DNA of 64,000 nt from Psilocybe cubensis (lineage: Eukaryota), in assembly GCA_017499595.2 (NCBI GenBank), contig CM039001.1:1240001-1304000 (forward strand), written 5' to 3'. A program made the translations under genes and the position numbers. Every line of letters starts with the position of its first letter. The stretch's first letter is position 1. The notes beneath the pieces were generated by a model, which was given only the letters and a program-made list of their open reading frames with translations, was not told the DNA's origin and did no database searches. Below, in pieces: positions 40,468-52,678 of this stretch.

Positions 40468-42366
40468 ATGGACACAAGTATTCAAATGCTATCCACCTTA
40501 TATACAACACCACCTGGCACTTCAATGGATTATAATAAACCAAAATTTTCATCAAAAATTATATTTTCTTCCAAGAACTCTACAACACAGACATCTTTGT
40601 TGAAAAAATCAAATTTGAAAGTATGATATTTCTGATTTGATAGTATGAATCTGACTAATATAAATATTTAATAGACTTCAAATTCTTCTCCTCTTATTGA
40701 AACTAGTTCTAAAAATGTCCGATTCAAATCACCAATCTCAGATATTCAACTCATTCCAGCCAAAGAAGATATGGAATATGATAATGCATGGGCTATTATT
40801 AGCTCTTCTATCTCTGAATCTAGAGATACTGCATTAATATCATCTTCTTCAAGACAAATAATTTCTGAAGAAATTCACAACCAATCTTGCAATATTCAGC
40901 ACAATTCTACTAGTGCTATTTTAGCATATCAACTGCAATTACCATCTTCTTCTCAATTATCTTTGCCACAACTACATTTATCTTTCCATCAAACACCATC
41001 ATCAATGCCACCAATATCACCTTCAAGCCCAATGCTCCTATCAATACCATCAATACCATCTTCAAGCCCAATACTCCCATCTCCAACCTTTGCAAAATCT
41101 GACAAATTGCCATCAAAATTCAACTTTCTCAACCTTTCCAATACCATATCCCTGATACCAACCTATGGAAATGAATCAAGCATTGATTTCATTGAGATTG
41201 CCAACTCCAAGTCTTTGTCTAGTTTTGTACTGGAAACTTCAGCCCATTACTGTCCTGAAGTTCCTGCATTTACTAGAAAAGCCAGTTATACTGGAGTAAC
41301 TGGACAATCAAATGATAATCTTACAACCAGGCTAAACCTTCAGCACCTTTCACCATTCAATTCATACCAACAACCAGGAATCTTTTTCCAAGGTTCTACT
41401 GCTTCTTCTTTGCTAGAAGCAGAAATTTCCCGTCCAAGCCCAACAGTTACTGCTACTGGTTCCAACGGAGACATAGAAAGTCCCATACAAGGACCCGTAA
41501 GGGCTACTCCAAATTTCCATGGCCCCGGAACCGCATTAAGCCCGTCAACCTCGAGCTCAAATGTCAAACAAGCTCGGAAGCCTGAGGAAAAGGTGAATGG
41601 CTCAATTTTCTTGAAGCGGAAGAAGCCGCAGCCAGAATTATACACACGGCCTCCAAAAAGAATCAGGACACTGCACGGAACTCAAAATGTTGCCGGCACA
41701 GAAGAAATCAATGTCGCCGGCCCATCAGATGCTGCACACAACGGGTCCTGTTCAAGTTCAAGCACCGGTGCCAGTCTCAATTTGTTCGTTGATACTAGCA
41801 TCACGGCGGTGCAGAATCGTGTGATTGTGCAGAGCCCGGAACAACAGTCGCCATTTGGAGGAGAAGACGGTAGTTTGTTTTCGGAAACCGAGGCACCGCC
41901 AGTATCGGATACAGACGTTTCAGAGGACAGCGACGACGACAACGACGACCTATTTGGATCGGATAGGGACCAAAGGGCGAACGAGAGCGACTCGTCTCAG
42001 AACTTTGACGAAGAGAATGTGTTGACGCACAACGAAGAGAAGGGCAAACCACTGACAGTAGCTCCAGTCCCTGCACCTCCCCTTGTTGATGGATTCAAGG
42101 TAGCCAGATGGGTCGAAATCCTCGAACGACTTGCTGCATTCGCCGCTACCGAAAATTTGAACCCAAAGTTCGCCCGACAGCTTTACGACATCCTGCAGCA
42201 AATCAACATGTACAAGGGTGACACGTACTTTACTCCACAGGTGCTTTTGGAATCCCGTCTGGCCAAGACACTGAAGCAGTTCCGCCACAGCCCATATGAA
42301 TTACAGACGAGGAGAATCGCGAATGAGGTGACAAAAGCCTGGAGAAAGTTGTGCAACGAAAGTTAG
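40468..42366 (+). CDS. Ser-rich orphan protein with C-terminal TFIIS-N/LW-like domain and RVxF motif
   Basis: Exon 40468-40620 splices in frame over the GTATGA..TAG intron 40621-40674 into the 531-aa ORF. C-terminus LLESRLAKTLKQFRH..TRRIANEVTKAWRKL. Confidence 0.7.
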
Positions 42367-42776
42367 GAATCGATCTTTCAGGGTGTGAAGTCCTGAATTG
42401 ATTGAATGAGTGAAAGAGACTCGGAGGCTCCGGAAGTCGAGAATGGTTGGGCACACATTCTTGATGTATTTTTTGTAATTTACTCTGTAAAGAAAGTTGA
42501 CTATGCTATGAATTATGTGTGGCTTCCTGAATGTTTGAGGGCTGACTTACAGACCAATCTGTTGATAGAGCGAAACAAAGTTGAATGTTGACGGTAGAGA
42601 TCAAGGTGGATGAAAACACTCAAGAAAGTGACTGTCACATCAAGGAATCAGAGTAATGCAAAATCCGTGTAGAATTGAGATCCTTAAATGCTATACAGGA
42701 AGCAATAATACTATACAGTAGGCTATAATAAGCTGACAAAGCTAGCAGAAGAACCAAAAGAAAAAGCAACGAAAGA

Positions 42777-45182
42777 TCAACCAGATGCGACACTCTCTCC
42801 GCCTTCCACCTTCCTCTTCTTCGCAGCTGGCCCCTCGTCCTCAGAAACGTCGTCAATGATGATAATGGGTGATCCAGGATCTGCCACTGGTGGACCAGAT
42901 GCAACGTCTGTCGATGCGGTTGTCGACGATTGGGTGGCACTGGGACCGGGGACTGGCACAGGTTGTGTAAGCGATTTCATCGCAGGTTGACTACTGTCCA
43001 GATTAGACACTTCTGCCCCAGGTGCTTTGCGTTTATGATCCAGCGGCACATTGGTAAAGGGCCCTGTTGTTGTGGGAGGCGCTTTGCGCGCTGCTCCACC
43101 TCTGCCGTTTCCTCTGGGTCGCCGACCACCGCGTTCTTTGCCTCTTTCCCTAGCCCTGCGCTCTTTCAAAGCCCGGATCATATGCTCTGTCAAAACGCCC
43201 AAAGCTCCACGAGCACCCATAGCTTCCAGTTTCTCCAGCATCTCCTTTGTTAATTCAGCGAAGATATCAGGATCCAGAATTAGCTTCCGTTCATGCAAAA
43301 TCATGTAACCTTCCTTCGCAGAATTGTTGGGGTGGTTGGGGGAATAATCCGGATGCGTCGGGGGTATAGGACCAAGGATGATCGGGATAACGACATCTGG
43401 GACTGCAGTCTGACCTGGCTGTGCCGGTTGTGGTGTAGCCGGCGCGGGCGTAGGTGCTGGTGCGGGCGTGGAAACAGCAGGAGTTGCTGTAGAAGAAGTT
43501 GCTGTTGTGGATGGTGATGGATTAACATTTCCATGCATGTGCCACTTTGAGTGTGCTAAAGGAGCATAAGGATTAGAGCCACTGAGAGAAGTACCGGAGT
43601 AGCTAGAAGTGACAGTCGAGCTCTGTTGCGCAGGACTAATGGCCTGCATGGTATGAGGAAGAGAAGGATATGCAAATATGCCAGTTGTAGCGACAGACAA
43701 AGGTTTGATCGAACTTGTGGTTTGTGTTCCAGATGGTATAGAGGGACCTCCAGCTGGGGCAGAGCTTGTTGACAAGGTTGGAGCCGGTGAAAGTGCAGTC
43801 TTGAACGGCAATGGCGAAAAAGTGAGAGGTGGCGGTAGAGGAACGCCTTTCGTATCGCCTTTGACACTGCGCTTTAACGGAGGCTCTAAGAAACCACCCT
43901 TCTCTTTCTTTCTGTTTTTGCCCACAACTTCTGCAGAGCCCGACGCGACGCCTTTTGCGGCAGCTGAAGCCGCCTGCTTGGCTTTGAACTCCTGCTCTTC
44001 CAATGACTGAGAATAGTTCTCGTCGAGAGACCAGAAAAAGCCTTTGCCTCTATCTCCCCCACACCTCTCCATCTTCAAGAACGCATTGTTGGACGACAGA
44101 TTATGACGCACAGAGCTCTGTAACATGGATTAGATACATAAATGCTTGACAAGGAGTCAATACAACATACCATCCACGCTGGTTCTGCATAGCGATAATA
44201 CTCATGTGTGTTCATTATCCACGTACAGATTTCCTGCAAAGTAGCCTTCCCGCCAAGCTCCCTGATACCCCGATATATCAGCTGAGCATATGTAAAAGGA
44301 GGTTTGGGAGGCATGTCCTCAGGTTTGGGCCGTTCGAGAATAGGCGGTACTTCGACATCGTTCTTTTTCCGCTTCTTTGAATTGGCTTTACTTGATTGAC
44401 CGATGGAATTGGAATTAGGCAGCTGCGGTTGAGGAGGTGGTGGTCGGGGCGGTGGGGCTGGGGGCTTGATCTTTGGTTTAGGTAACGGTGGAGGAGAGGA
44501 AAGCTGTAGCGGTGGTGAGGAGAGTTGCGGTGAGAGTTCGGGTGAGAGTTCGGGTTCAGGAGACGGCGGCGGCAATTTGACTTGCACTGGGGGCGGAGAA
44601 TGTGAAGGCTGCGATGAAGGCGGAGATATGGAGGTGATATCGACGGAAGGCGAACGTGGGCGGTTTGCAGAGGACTGGGAGCTGGGAGAAGGGGTATCTT
44701 CCGGAGGAGGCGGCGGCGGAAGGACGAAATGAAAGGTGCGTGAAGCGATTTGAATTTGAGATCTACACGAACGGTTAGGCAAAGCTATGGAATAAAGCAC
44801 CGGATATTCACCTCTCGCCCAGCGGGGCGCGCGTCCCAGCGGCGGACCACACCCCGTCAACCCAAGCACCATTGCGGCCGATAACGACAAGCACAAAACG
44901 GTCCTCCTCCTGGTCATATTCAATCTTGGCATGCAGTCGTGACACGCTCTTGAGTGCACCGAGGTCAACATCAACCTGGGGCGTCTCCGACGTCGATGAG
45001 GTGGCAGCATTGGGAGCACATCGGCGGCCAATGGTGATAGAGAGGGTCTGTATGTAGAACGTGAAGTGGGGGAAGACAAGGGAATAGTATGCGGATATCT
45101 TATCCTGGACTGGCGGCGGTGGTGAATGGCTAGCATGTGCACCCTCTGTCGTGGGCGATGCTGTTCGTGTCCGGGTATCCAT
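42777..45182 (-). CDS. FHL1: FHA + forkhead transcription factor, Fhl1-like
   Basis: FHA (ITIGRR, SVSRLHAKI, GRNGAWVDG) plus forkhead KPPFTYAQLI..WMSSVRHNLS..GKGFFWSLD. The SSVRHNLS and GKGxxWxLD pattern fits Fhl1 better than Fkh1/2, so the symbol is less certain than the domains. Confidence 0.82.
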
Positions 45183-45373
45183 CTAAGTGATGAGCAAGGC
45201 GGCGTTGTCGACGAGTGCGACGATGTCGACGTTGTGGTCAACTAGCAAGGGAAGAAGTTCCAGTGAACACGTGATTCATTCGCTTGCCTTGATGCCGTGC
45301 GAACATGCAATCTCGCAGTGACCTCACTCCGAGCCCAATCCGACGCCGACAATTTGCCTTGCTACAATCCACT

Positions 45374-46160
45374 ATGGCGTCCACTGAAATCACTGCCAAA
45401 GCAGCCGCCCAAAAAGTCGAAGAGCTTGCTGAGCGAGACGCTGATACCACGGACTCAGATATCCGTTATCTCGCATACGGTGCCCGCCTCAGAACCGCGC
45501 TACGCGCTGGAACGCGGTATATCGCTTATGTGGGTGCGCTCCAGTTTCCTGAATTTAATTGCAATAATATATCATGATTTCAGACCAGTGACATCGGAGA
45601 AGCATTTCGTCCCGTGGTTCCCCCTTGGGTCGTCACAGCTGCATACGGCGTCTCCTGGTTATACCTCTCAGGGTGATATACGTTTTTATCGCTCGAGGCT
45701 ATCTTTCTTACACCTTGAATTTCATAGCGATGTTGCATATGACGCATACAAAACTTATCATCGAGGTCCTTCTCCCATAGAGGCTGCTAATTTCTCCGAG
45801 ACGACTAGAGTTGGTATTGCCGCTGTTCAGCGAGCTACTTTCCAATCCATTGCCTCCATGTGAGTCGTGTTTCCCAATTATTGGCATACACATGCTCATA
45901 GCAGGCGCAGGGCTCTTCCCGCTTTCACCATTCACACAGCAGTTGCCCAGTCGCGAAAGGCTTTCCGTCATGCCACGAACCCAAAAGTGAAGACCTGGGG
46001 CCCTACCGTGACCGGCCTGGCCATTGTGCCCATTTTACCCTACCTTTTCGATCACCCTGTGGAATATGCAACGGAACATGCATTCGACTGGATACGAGAG
46101 AAGCTTATTGAACGGAACCAAGCTCAGAATAAGGAATCGAACGACAGAAAGGAACTATAG
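45374..46160 (+). CDS. MTFP1: Mitochondrial fission process protein 1 (MTP18)
   Basis: RYIAYTSDIGEAFRPVVP, AYGVSWLYLSGD, FQSIASMALPAFTIH, WGPTVTGLAIVPILPYLFDHPVE. Confidence 0.92.
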
Positions 46161-46269
46161 AATGGATGCATTTAATATAACAATTAGACGTGCTTCATTT
46201 GGTGTATAATATTACATTTCAATTCGCCTGCATACTAATATACAACTCTATGAAACCTTCAAATCATAA

Positions 46270-47906
46270 TCATAGCGAAGCCTTTCCTAGAGCCAAAGGT
46301 ATCGAACTAATACTGCTGGGTGGTATAAGTCCAACTTCAGTGACCACTGCAGTAATGTATGTTGGAGGTGTTAGATCGTAAAGAGGATTTAGATTGTCCA
46401 AATTTAACGTCGGCTTGACATCTTGTAATTTTGTGATTTTTTGGGTTACAGAAAGTGGCGCTGGGAATAAAGGATGAAATACTGGTTCAGATGTATATAT
46501 TCAATAACACTCACCCAACTCATTTCTTGTAAAACCGTCCACCATAACACCGTCACTAAATTTGTATGTCTCGCAACATACGACTACTGGGACACTATTC
46601 GTTTTGGCCATCATTGCAATCATCGCAGTACCCGCTCGAGAGTAAACTGCTCCATTTGAGAAGAGGGCGTGGGCACCAACGAGTACCATGGTCACTTGTG
46701 TCAATAACGAAGGAAGTGCAGGAAGCAATGCGTATGTGCAAGGTATGGGGTTTGGTCCGCTGGTGAGAGACCGCAGCAAGACTTTGCCTATCATGACCAC
46801 GTCGGGCGTAAGAACACGACGTTATGGCAAAGGGAAAAATCAAACCTTCAAGTAACGGCTTTGAATCTACAACGATGACGGAGAACTTTTTCCCTTCTTC
46901 CTGGGCTTCTAATAGCACCTTTTCAACAACTGATGATCTAAGACAAGAACAGGATTAGCATCACAATATCGAAGGATCGTGACAATACTGAATCACACAC
47001 TTGGCGTAAGTGAGAATAACATCCCCGTCTTTAATTTTTTTCCCCGCCAATTCTTGGATGACTTCATCGGCGATAATTATTCGGTCTCTGATATAATTGT
47101 CAATCTTAGTATATAGAAGTTCCTTTGCCTGCAAAAATATCGGTCAAGGATGCAGAAAGCCTGAATAAAAAGGCTTACATCTTGTTCAATTACATCTATA
47201 TCAATCCCACTAATCTCCAATTTCAGTTCTCTAATTGCATTGCCCATCGTCACTGACATCGGTCGTGCAGATACCAGGTGAGTAATTTGAGGTGAAAGAT
47301 GCGTCATGAGATGACGGGATAGGGTGCTATGAGATGGCGTTGTATAATCTTGGATAACCTAACACTGAATCAGTAACTAGTGATACAAAGAAGAATATTG
47401 AAGTGCACTTGTTTGAAGGCGGTAAGCATAGCAATACATCTCGCGTTTGCCCCACATATTTTGAAATCGGAGTAAAGGAGCCCTAGGCGAATGATGGCAG
47501 GGTGTATGTCACCCTTCACAGTATGTCCAACTGGCTTAGGTTGCCCAAAGTGAGAGAATATACGCAACCCATGAGACAATTGCTTGGGTGGCATATCTTC
47601 CCCGGGCGCTCCAGAAAGATCTTTGGATGTGGATGCTTTGCTGCCTTGGATATCACCAGTGAAGGATTTCTTGGATGGAGTTGAAGGAGCCTTTGCTTTC
47701 GTCTGTCCTGCTATACTTGATCCCCCTTGTTTACCTTGTGAAGACTCTTTTTGTTGTGTGGGTTGTCCTTTTAGGGCTGCTTTAGCTGCTCTTTGTTTCT
47801 CTTGTAATTCTCTTCTTTCAGCTTTTGTCATACTCTTTTGAGCAGGTTGACCTTGAGGTTTTGGTGTTGCGGTAGCAGCTGGTTCGGCTATTGTAGGGAC
47901 AGGCAT
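46270..47906 (-). CDS. GCD2: Translation initiation factor eIF2B delta subunit
   Basis: TKAERRELQEKQRA, IHPAIIRLG, GANARCIAML, RPMSVTMGNAIR, VDSKPLLEG, SNGAVYSRAGTA, CCETYKFS, LYDLTP and TEVGLIPPSS. Confidence 0.95.
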
Positions 47907-48189
47907 TTTGAAGGTGGATAGCACAGAATCGAGTCAGATTCCTTAGCCTTTTGTGATTCTTGACGTCCGGAAGCAAGAATCAATGATCTCAATCATATCA
48001 GTTATGTATCACGTGACTGACGGAGACCGGGCATTTTCCAGACACTGCGGCAGTTACTCCGACGAACCAGGCTTACTTGCTTCAATCAACCACGACTGTG
48101 TACGACCATTGAAACAAATTATCTGCACCACCATAGATTTATACCCTCTCTATAATATCTAGTACTTTCTTTTCCTACTAAAGTTACAC

Positions 48190-51100
48190 ATGGTATGTGA
48201 CTTGGCCACAGTGCCGGGGCATTTCGACTCACAATACGTATCCAGGGTGTTCCAGCTCTTTTTCGATGGTTGAGCAAGAAGTACCCGAAAATCAGTAAGC
48301 AAATTTCTTACTTCTCTACTGCGCTGTGTTGATTCTCTTGGAAGTCTATCCAGTGGTCGAAGAAGAAGATACTAAAATCGTAGCCGAAAATGGCGAACAA
48401 GTAATTGTTCCTGTAAATATGGCATCAGCCAACCCTAATGGCATGGAATTCGACAATCTCTACCTAGACATGAATGGTATTGTGTGTATATTTTTCTATC
48501 ATGGCTTCTTGTAGTTCTCATGGTGTTCTAAGGTGCATCCCTGTACACATCCCGAAGGGAAGGTCAGTAAAAGTCATGTATGCATTTAATCTGTTGTTAA
48601 CCTCAGGAAACTCTAGCCCGCTCCGGAAACTGAAGAGGAGATGATGTTGGAAATTTTCAGCTACACTGAGCGAGTGGTCAATATGATACGACCCCGCAAA
48701 TTGTTATTCATGGCCATCGGTAAGCCCCCTTTCCTTACAATTTTTACCAATTGACACTGTTTAAAGATGGCGTTGCACCTCGCGCCAAGATGAATCAGCA
48801 ACGGTCTCGTCGGTTCCGTTCCTCGCAGGAAGCAAAGGAAAAAGAAGAAGCGAGGAAAGAATCGGTTCTATTGTGGGAAGGTACGTCACTTCATGATTTG
48901 TTGAGAGTATTGAAAATGTATGATGTTTGCAGCAATGGGTAAGGAAGTATCTGAAGATGAAAAAAACAAAGTTTCATGGGACTCGAATGCTATTACCCCG
49001 GGAACCCCTTTTATGGATCTCCTGGCGTCCTCTTTGCGTTATTGGGTTGTTCAAAAAATGAACACTGACCCTGGTTGGAAAGGCGTATGATCCGTCAAGT
49101 TTTATTAAATTCTACTTTATTGACCCTGTTGCAGATTCAAGTTCTCATCTCAGATGCTGGAGTTCCTGGAGAAGGAGAGCATAAAATAATGGATTTCATT
49201 AGACGCCAGAGGAGTAATCCTGGCCATGACCCGAACACAAAACACGTAATCTATGGATTGGTAAGAAATTAGGTTATGTGTCGCACACACGCAGGCTTAC
49301 GCCAATTTTCATAGGATGCAGATCTTATTATGCTTGCCCTGGCGACTCATGAACCTTATTTTAGGGTCTTGCGAGAGGACGTTTTTGCTAACGATACTAG
49401 TCCTACTGCGTGTCGAATGTGCGGCCAAGAAGGCCACTATGCTGCACAATGTACTGGCACAAAGGCCGAGATACAGAAAAAACCCCCGGCGGAAAAGAAA
49501 CCCTTTATTTTTCTCGATGTGGCTATCTTGCGCGAATACCTTGAAGTGGAGCTCGATGTTCCGACTACATCATTCCCATTTTCCCTGGAAGAAGCAATTG
49601 ATGACTGGGTTCTCTTGATATTCTTTGTCGGCAATGATTTCCTCCCACATCTTCCCTCCCTTGAGATTCGAGAAGGCGCCATTGATACACTCTTGAAGAT
49701 ATGGAAACAAGAACTCCCGAGAATGGGTGGTTATCTGACTCACCACGGTGAACTTGAGTTATCACGTGCACAAATCATTCTTGAGGGTCTTGCCAAACGA
49801 GAAGATGAAATTTTCCGTCGTAGGCGTGAAGGTCTGTCACATCATATCCCTATTCTGCGGCAGAACATTCCTATAACTGTCGGACTCTGCGCATTGAATT
49901 TTTTTATTGATTAAATTTACTGTAGCTGAAGAACGCCAGGACCAGAACGCCAAGCGTCGTAAGTTAGAACAACAAAACAGGAATGGTATTTCCTCTGGGC
50001 CCTCTCAGACCATGGCGCTGAAAACATCTTCTACCAATGTGATGACCAACGGGTCGTCTAAATCCACGTTGCATCCTTCTCTTCCCCAACGACCTACTTC
50101 AAATCACGATTTCGGTGCAAATGCTGATTCTATCGGTCTTGGTGCAGCTCCAACTCCTGAATCTATTCAGAATATTCCAACTGCTGCTCAGGCCCTTGCA
50201 GGCTCTAATCGTGATGTTGTTGCCAATCGCCGTGCTATTAGAATGGCAAACATGAGTGCTGCCGAAGTTTTAAAAGCAGAACTATCAGGTCTTGTACCAT
50301 TGAAACCCCCTGCATCTTCAAAACCCTCTGCCATGCCTCCCCTTCCGGTATCAAATGACGTATCAGTACAAGAAACTTCAGACATACCAGGGCTTGGAGC
50401 AAACAGACTTAAGGGCAGTTCCTCTGAGGCCGCTCCACCCGCTGTTCGACAGGAAACCCCTCTTGAAAGTGATGCAGACGCCGATGGCGAGCCCGACCCA
50501 GACACAAAAATGTCCAGCGATGAAACAACACTGGACGGCAACGTATCACAGAGCTCAGTAGGAGCTAAACGGAAATTCGAAGAGGGACCCGGGTCGGATG
50601 ATATCACCGACGATGTTGTTGTTGTTGAGGAAGATGACGAAGATGCACCTGCTGTTCCAGCGCTCAAAGTCAACGCCGATGGCACTGTGGAACAGGAAGA
50701 CACTGTAAAGTGCGTTAACACTTGATGACTATGAATATCTCTGATAAAAGAATAGATTATGGGAACCAGGTTACAAAGAGAGATATTACAGACAGAAATT
50801 TGGAGTGGAGCTTACAGACACCCAGTTCAAGAAAGAGTAGGGTTTTCTCGCTTTTCTCGCACTTGAAAAGTAACGCTAAACAGAATCCTATTGCAGTATC
50901 ACTAAAGCCTATATTGAAGGTCTCTCATGGGTTCTTCGTTACTACTACCAAGGGGTGAGTGCCCCCATAGCCTTTAGACAAGTATATTTCTAATTAGAAT
51001 TTAGACACCATCATGGCAATGGTTTTATCCGTATCATTTTGCGCCGTTTGCCGCAGATTTTGAAGATGTTGATAAAATGGATATCAAATTTGAACTTGGC

Positions 51101-52473
51101 CAGCCTTTCAAACCTTTTGAACAATTAATGGGCGTTTTCCCAGCGGCCAGGTAAGAGCCTTTTTTGCTCTGACTTGTGATATTCTGACCGTGTTTTACAG
51201 TCGACAACACATCCCAGAGGTGTTCCATCGATTTATGATCGATGAAGACTCTCCTATTATTGATTTCTATCCACCTTCTTTCGAGATTGATATGAATGGC
51301 AAGAAAATGGCATGGCAAGGTGTCGCACTATTGCCTTTCATCGACCAAAAACGCCTTCTGGATGCTATGGCCATCGAATACCCGAATCTATCTGAGGATG
51401 AAATTCGTAGAAATCGTTGGGGCAACAATGTTATTTTTGCTTCTGTGGACCACCCGATATATCCCTTCTACGAAAAGCTTTACGGGAAGCGCAAGAACGA
51501 CGAGGTAGGTTATGTTATTTTCTTATAGTCTTTCGTGCATCTCACTCAATTATTTTAGCCTGTCACCATCAATATCTCGTTAAGCAAAGGGATGAGTGGA
51601 AGTGTTCTGCCAAACCCCGACTGTTTGCCAGGCTCGACATACTATTGCCCTCTTAGCGAAGCCTTAGGTTTGCCTGACATAAAAAATGACAGATCCCTGT
51701 CCGTTCTCTACTTCTTTCCCAAGCAACTGACGCCTCATCGTTCTGTGATCTTGCCCGGCGCTAAACGCCCGATGCGCGTCTTAACTTCGAATGATTTAGA
51801 AACGACCCGTAGCGGCGGTCGTGGCCGGGGTCGTGGAGGATTTGACCGTGGTGGGGCCGGTAGAGGTAACGGTTTTGACCGCCGCAATGACCAATTTCAA
51901 TCCCGGCCGAACACCTATGGTCAGTCGTATGGAAATGATCGGGCAGGACCAGGAGGCAGAGGAGGTAACTATAACACCTACGGCAATGGAAATCCTGGCG
52001 GCTATGGTGGTGGAAGCTCTGGCGGATATGGAGGTGGAAGCTCTGGCAGTTACGGTGGTGGAAATTCTGGCGGCTACGGGGGCTATGGAGGCGGGAATGG
52101 AGGCGGATACGGAGGACGAGGTGGCTATGGAAATGGAAGTTCGTATCAACAAAATTCATACCCTGCTCGCTCTTCCTATCCATCACAGCCACCGAACAAT
52201 TCGTACGGTAATCCTGGTGGGCGAGGCGCGTATGGTGGATATGGTGGCGAATCTTATTCATCCAGTGCCGACTACGGTGGTTACAATGGCGGAAACCGTG
52301 GAGGCTACAATGGGCAACCACCAGCACAAAATTCTTATGGCTCTTACGGCAGCGGGGGAGGTAATAATTATGGTGGTTATGGGGGGTACGGTTCAGGACA
52401 ACATCCTGCTCCTCCATCAAGAGGTGGAGCACCATACAACTTGGCTGCTCGTGGAAGAGGCCGTACTTGGTGA
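48190..52473 (+). CDS. RAT1: Nuclear 5'-3' exoribonuclease 2 (Rat1/Dhp1/Xrn2)
   Basis: [17 protein letters not shown] (first coding exon is the ATG alone), [44 protein letters not shown] knuckle, [11 protein letters not shown] and an RGG/Y-rich tail. Confidence 0.97.
51997..52077 (+). repeat. 24-nt tandem coding repeat ([10 protein letters not shown]) in the Rat1 tail
   Basis: ggcggctatggtggtggaagctct / ggcggatatggaggtggaagctct / ggcagttacggtggtggaaattct / ggcggctac. Confidence 0.8.
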
Positions 52474-52678
52474 TCTTGTTTACTTGATTTGTGTTTTTGC
52501 AATGATATATGTATTATAACAATCACTTGTATATTAATTCCCGACTAACTACAAGGTAATCGGGGCAATGCTTTGGTCATGAATTTCGGATTTCGTCATA
52601 CTAAGCGTAAACTGAAAGTCCATTTTAGTCGACGGAAGAAGCAAACTATTGACATACGTTTCAAAGCGAATCTGAGGT

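Noticed and set aside
18762..45182. Two forkhead genes as a local duplication
   Set aside because: They differ in subfamily and architecture (FHA versus none) and lie about 23 kb apart.
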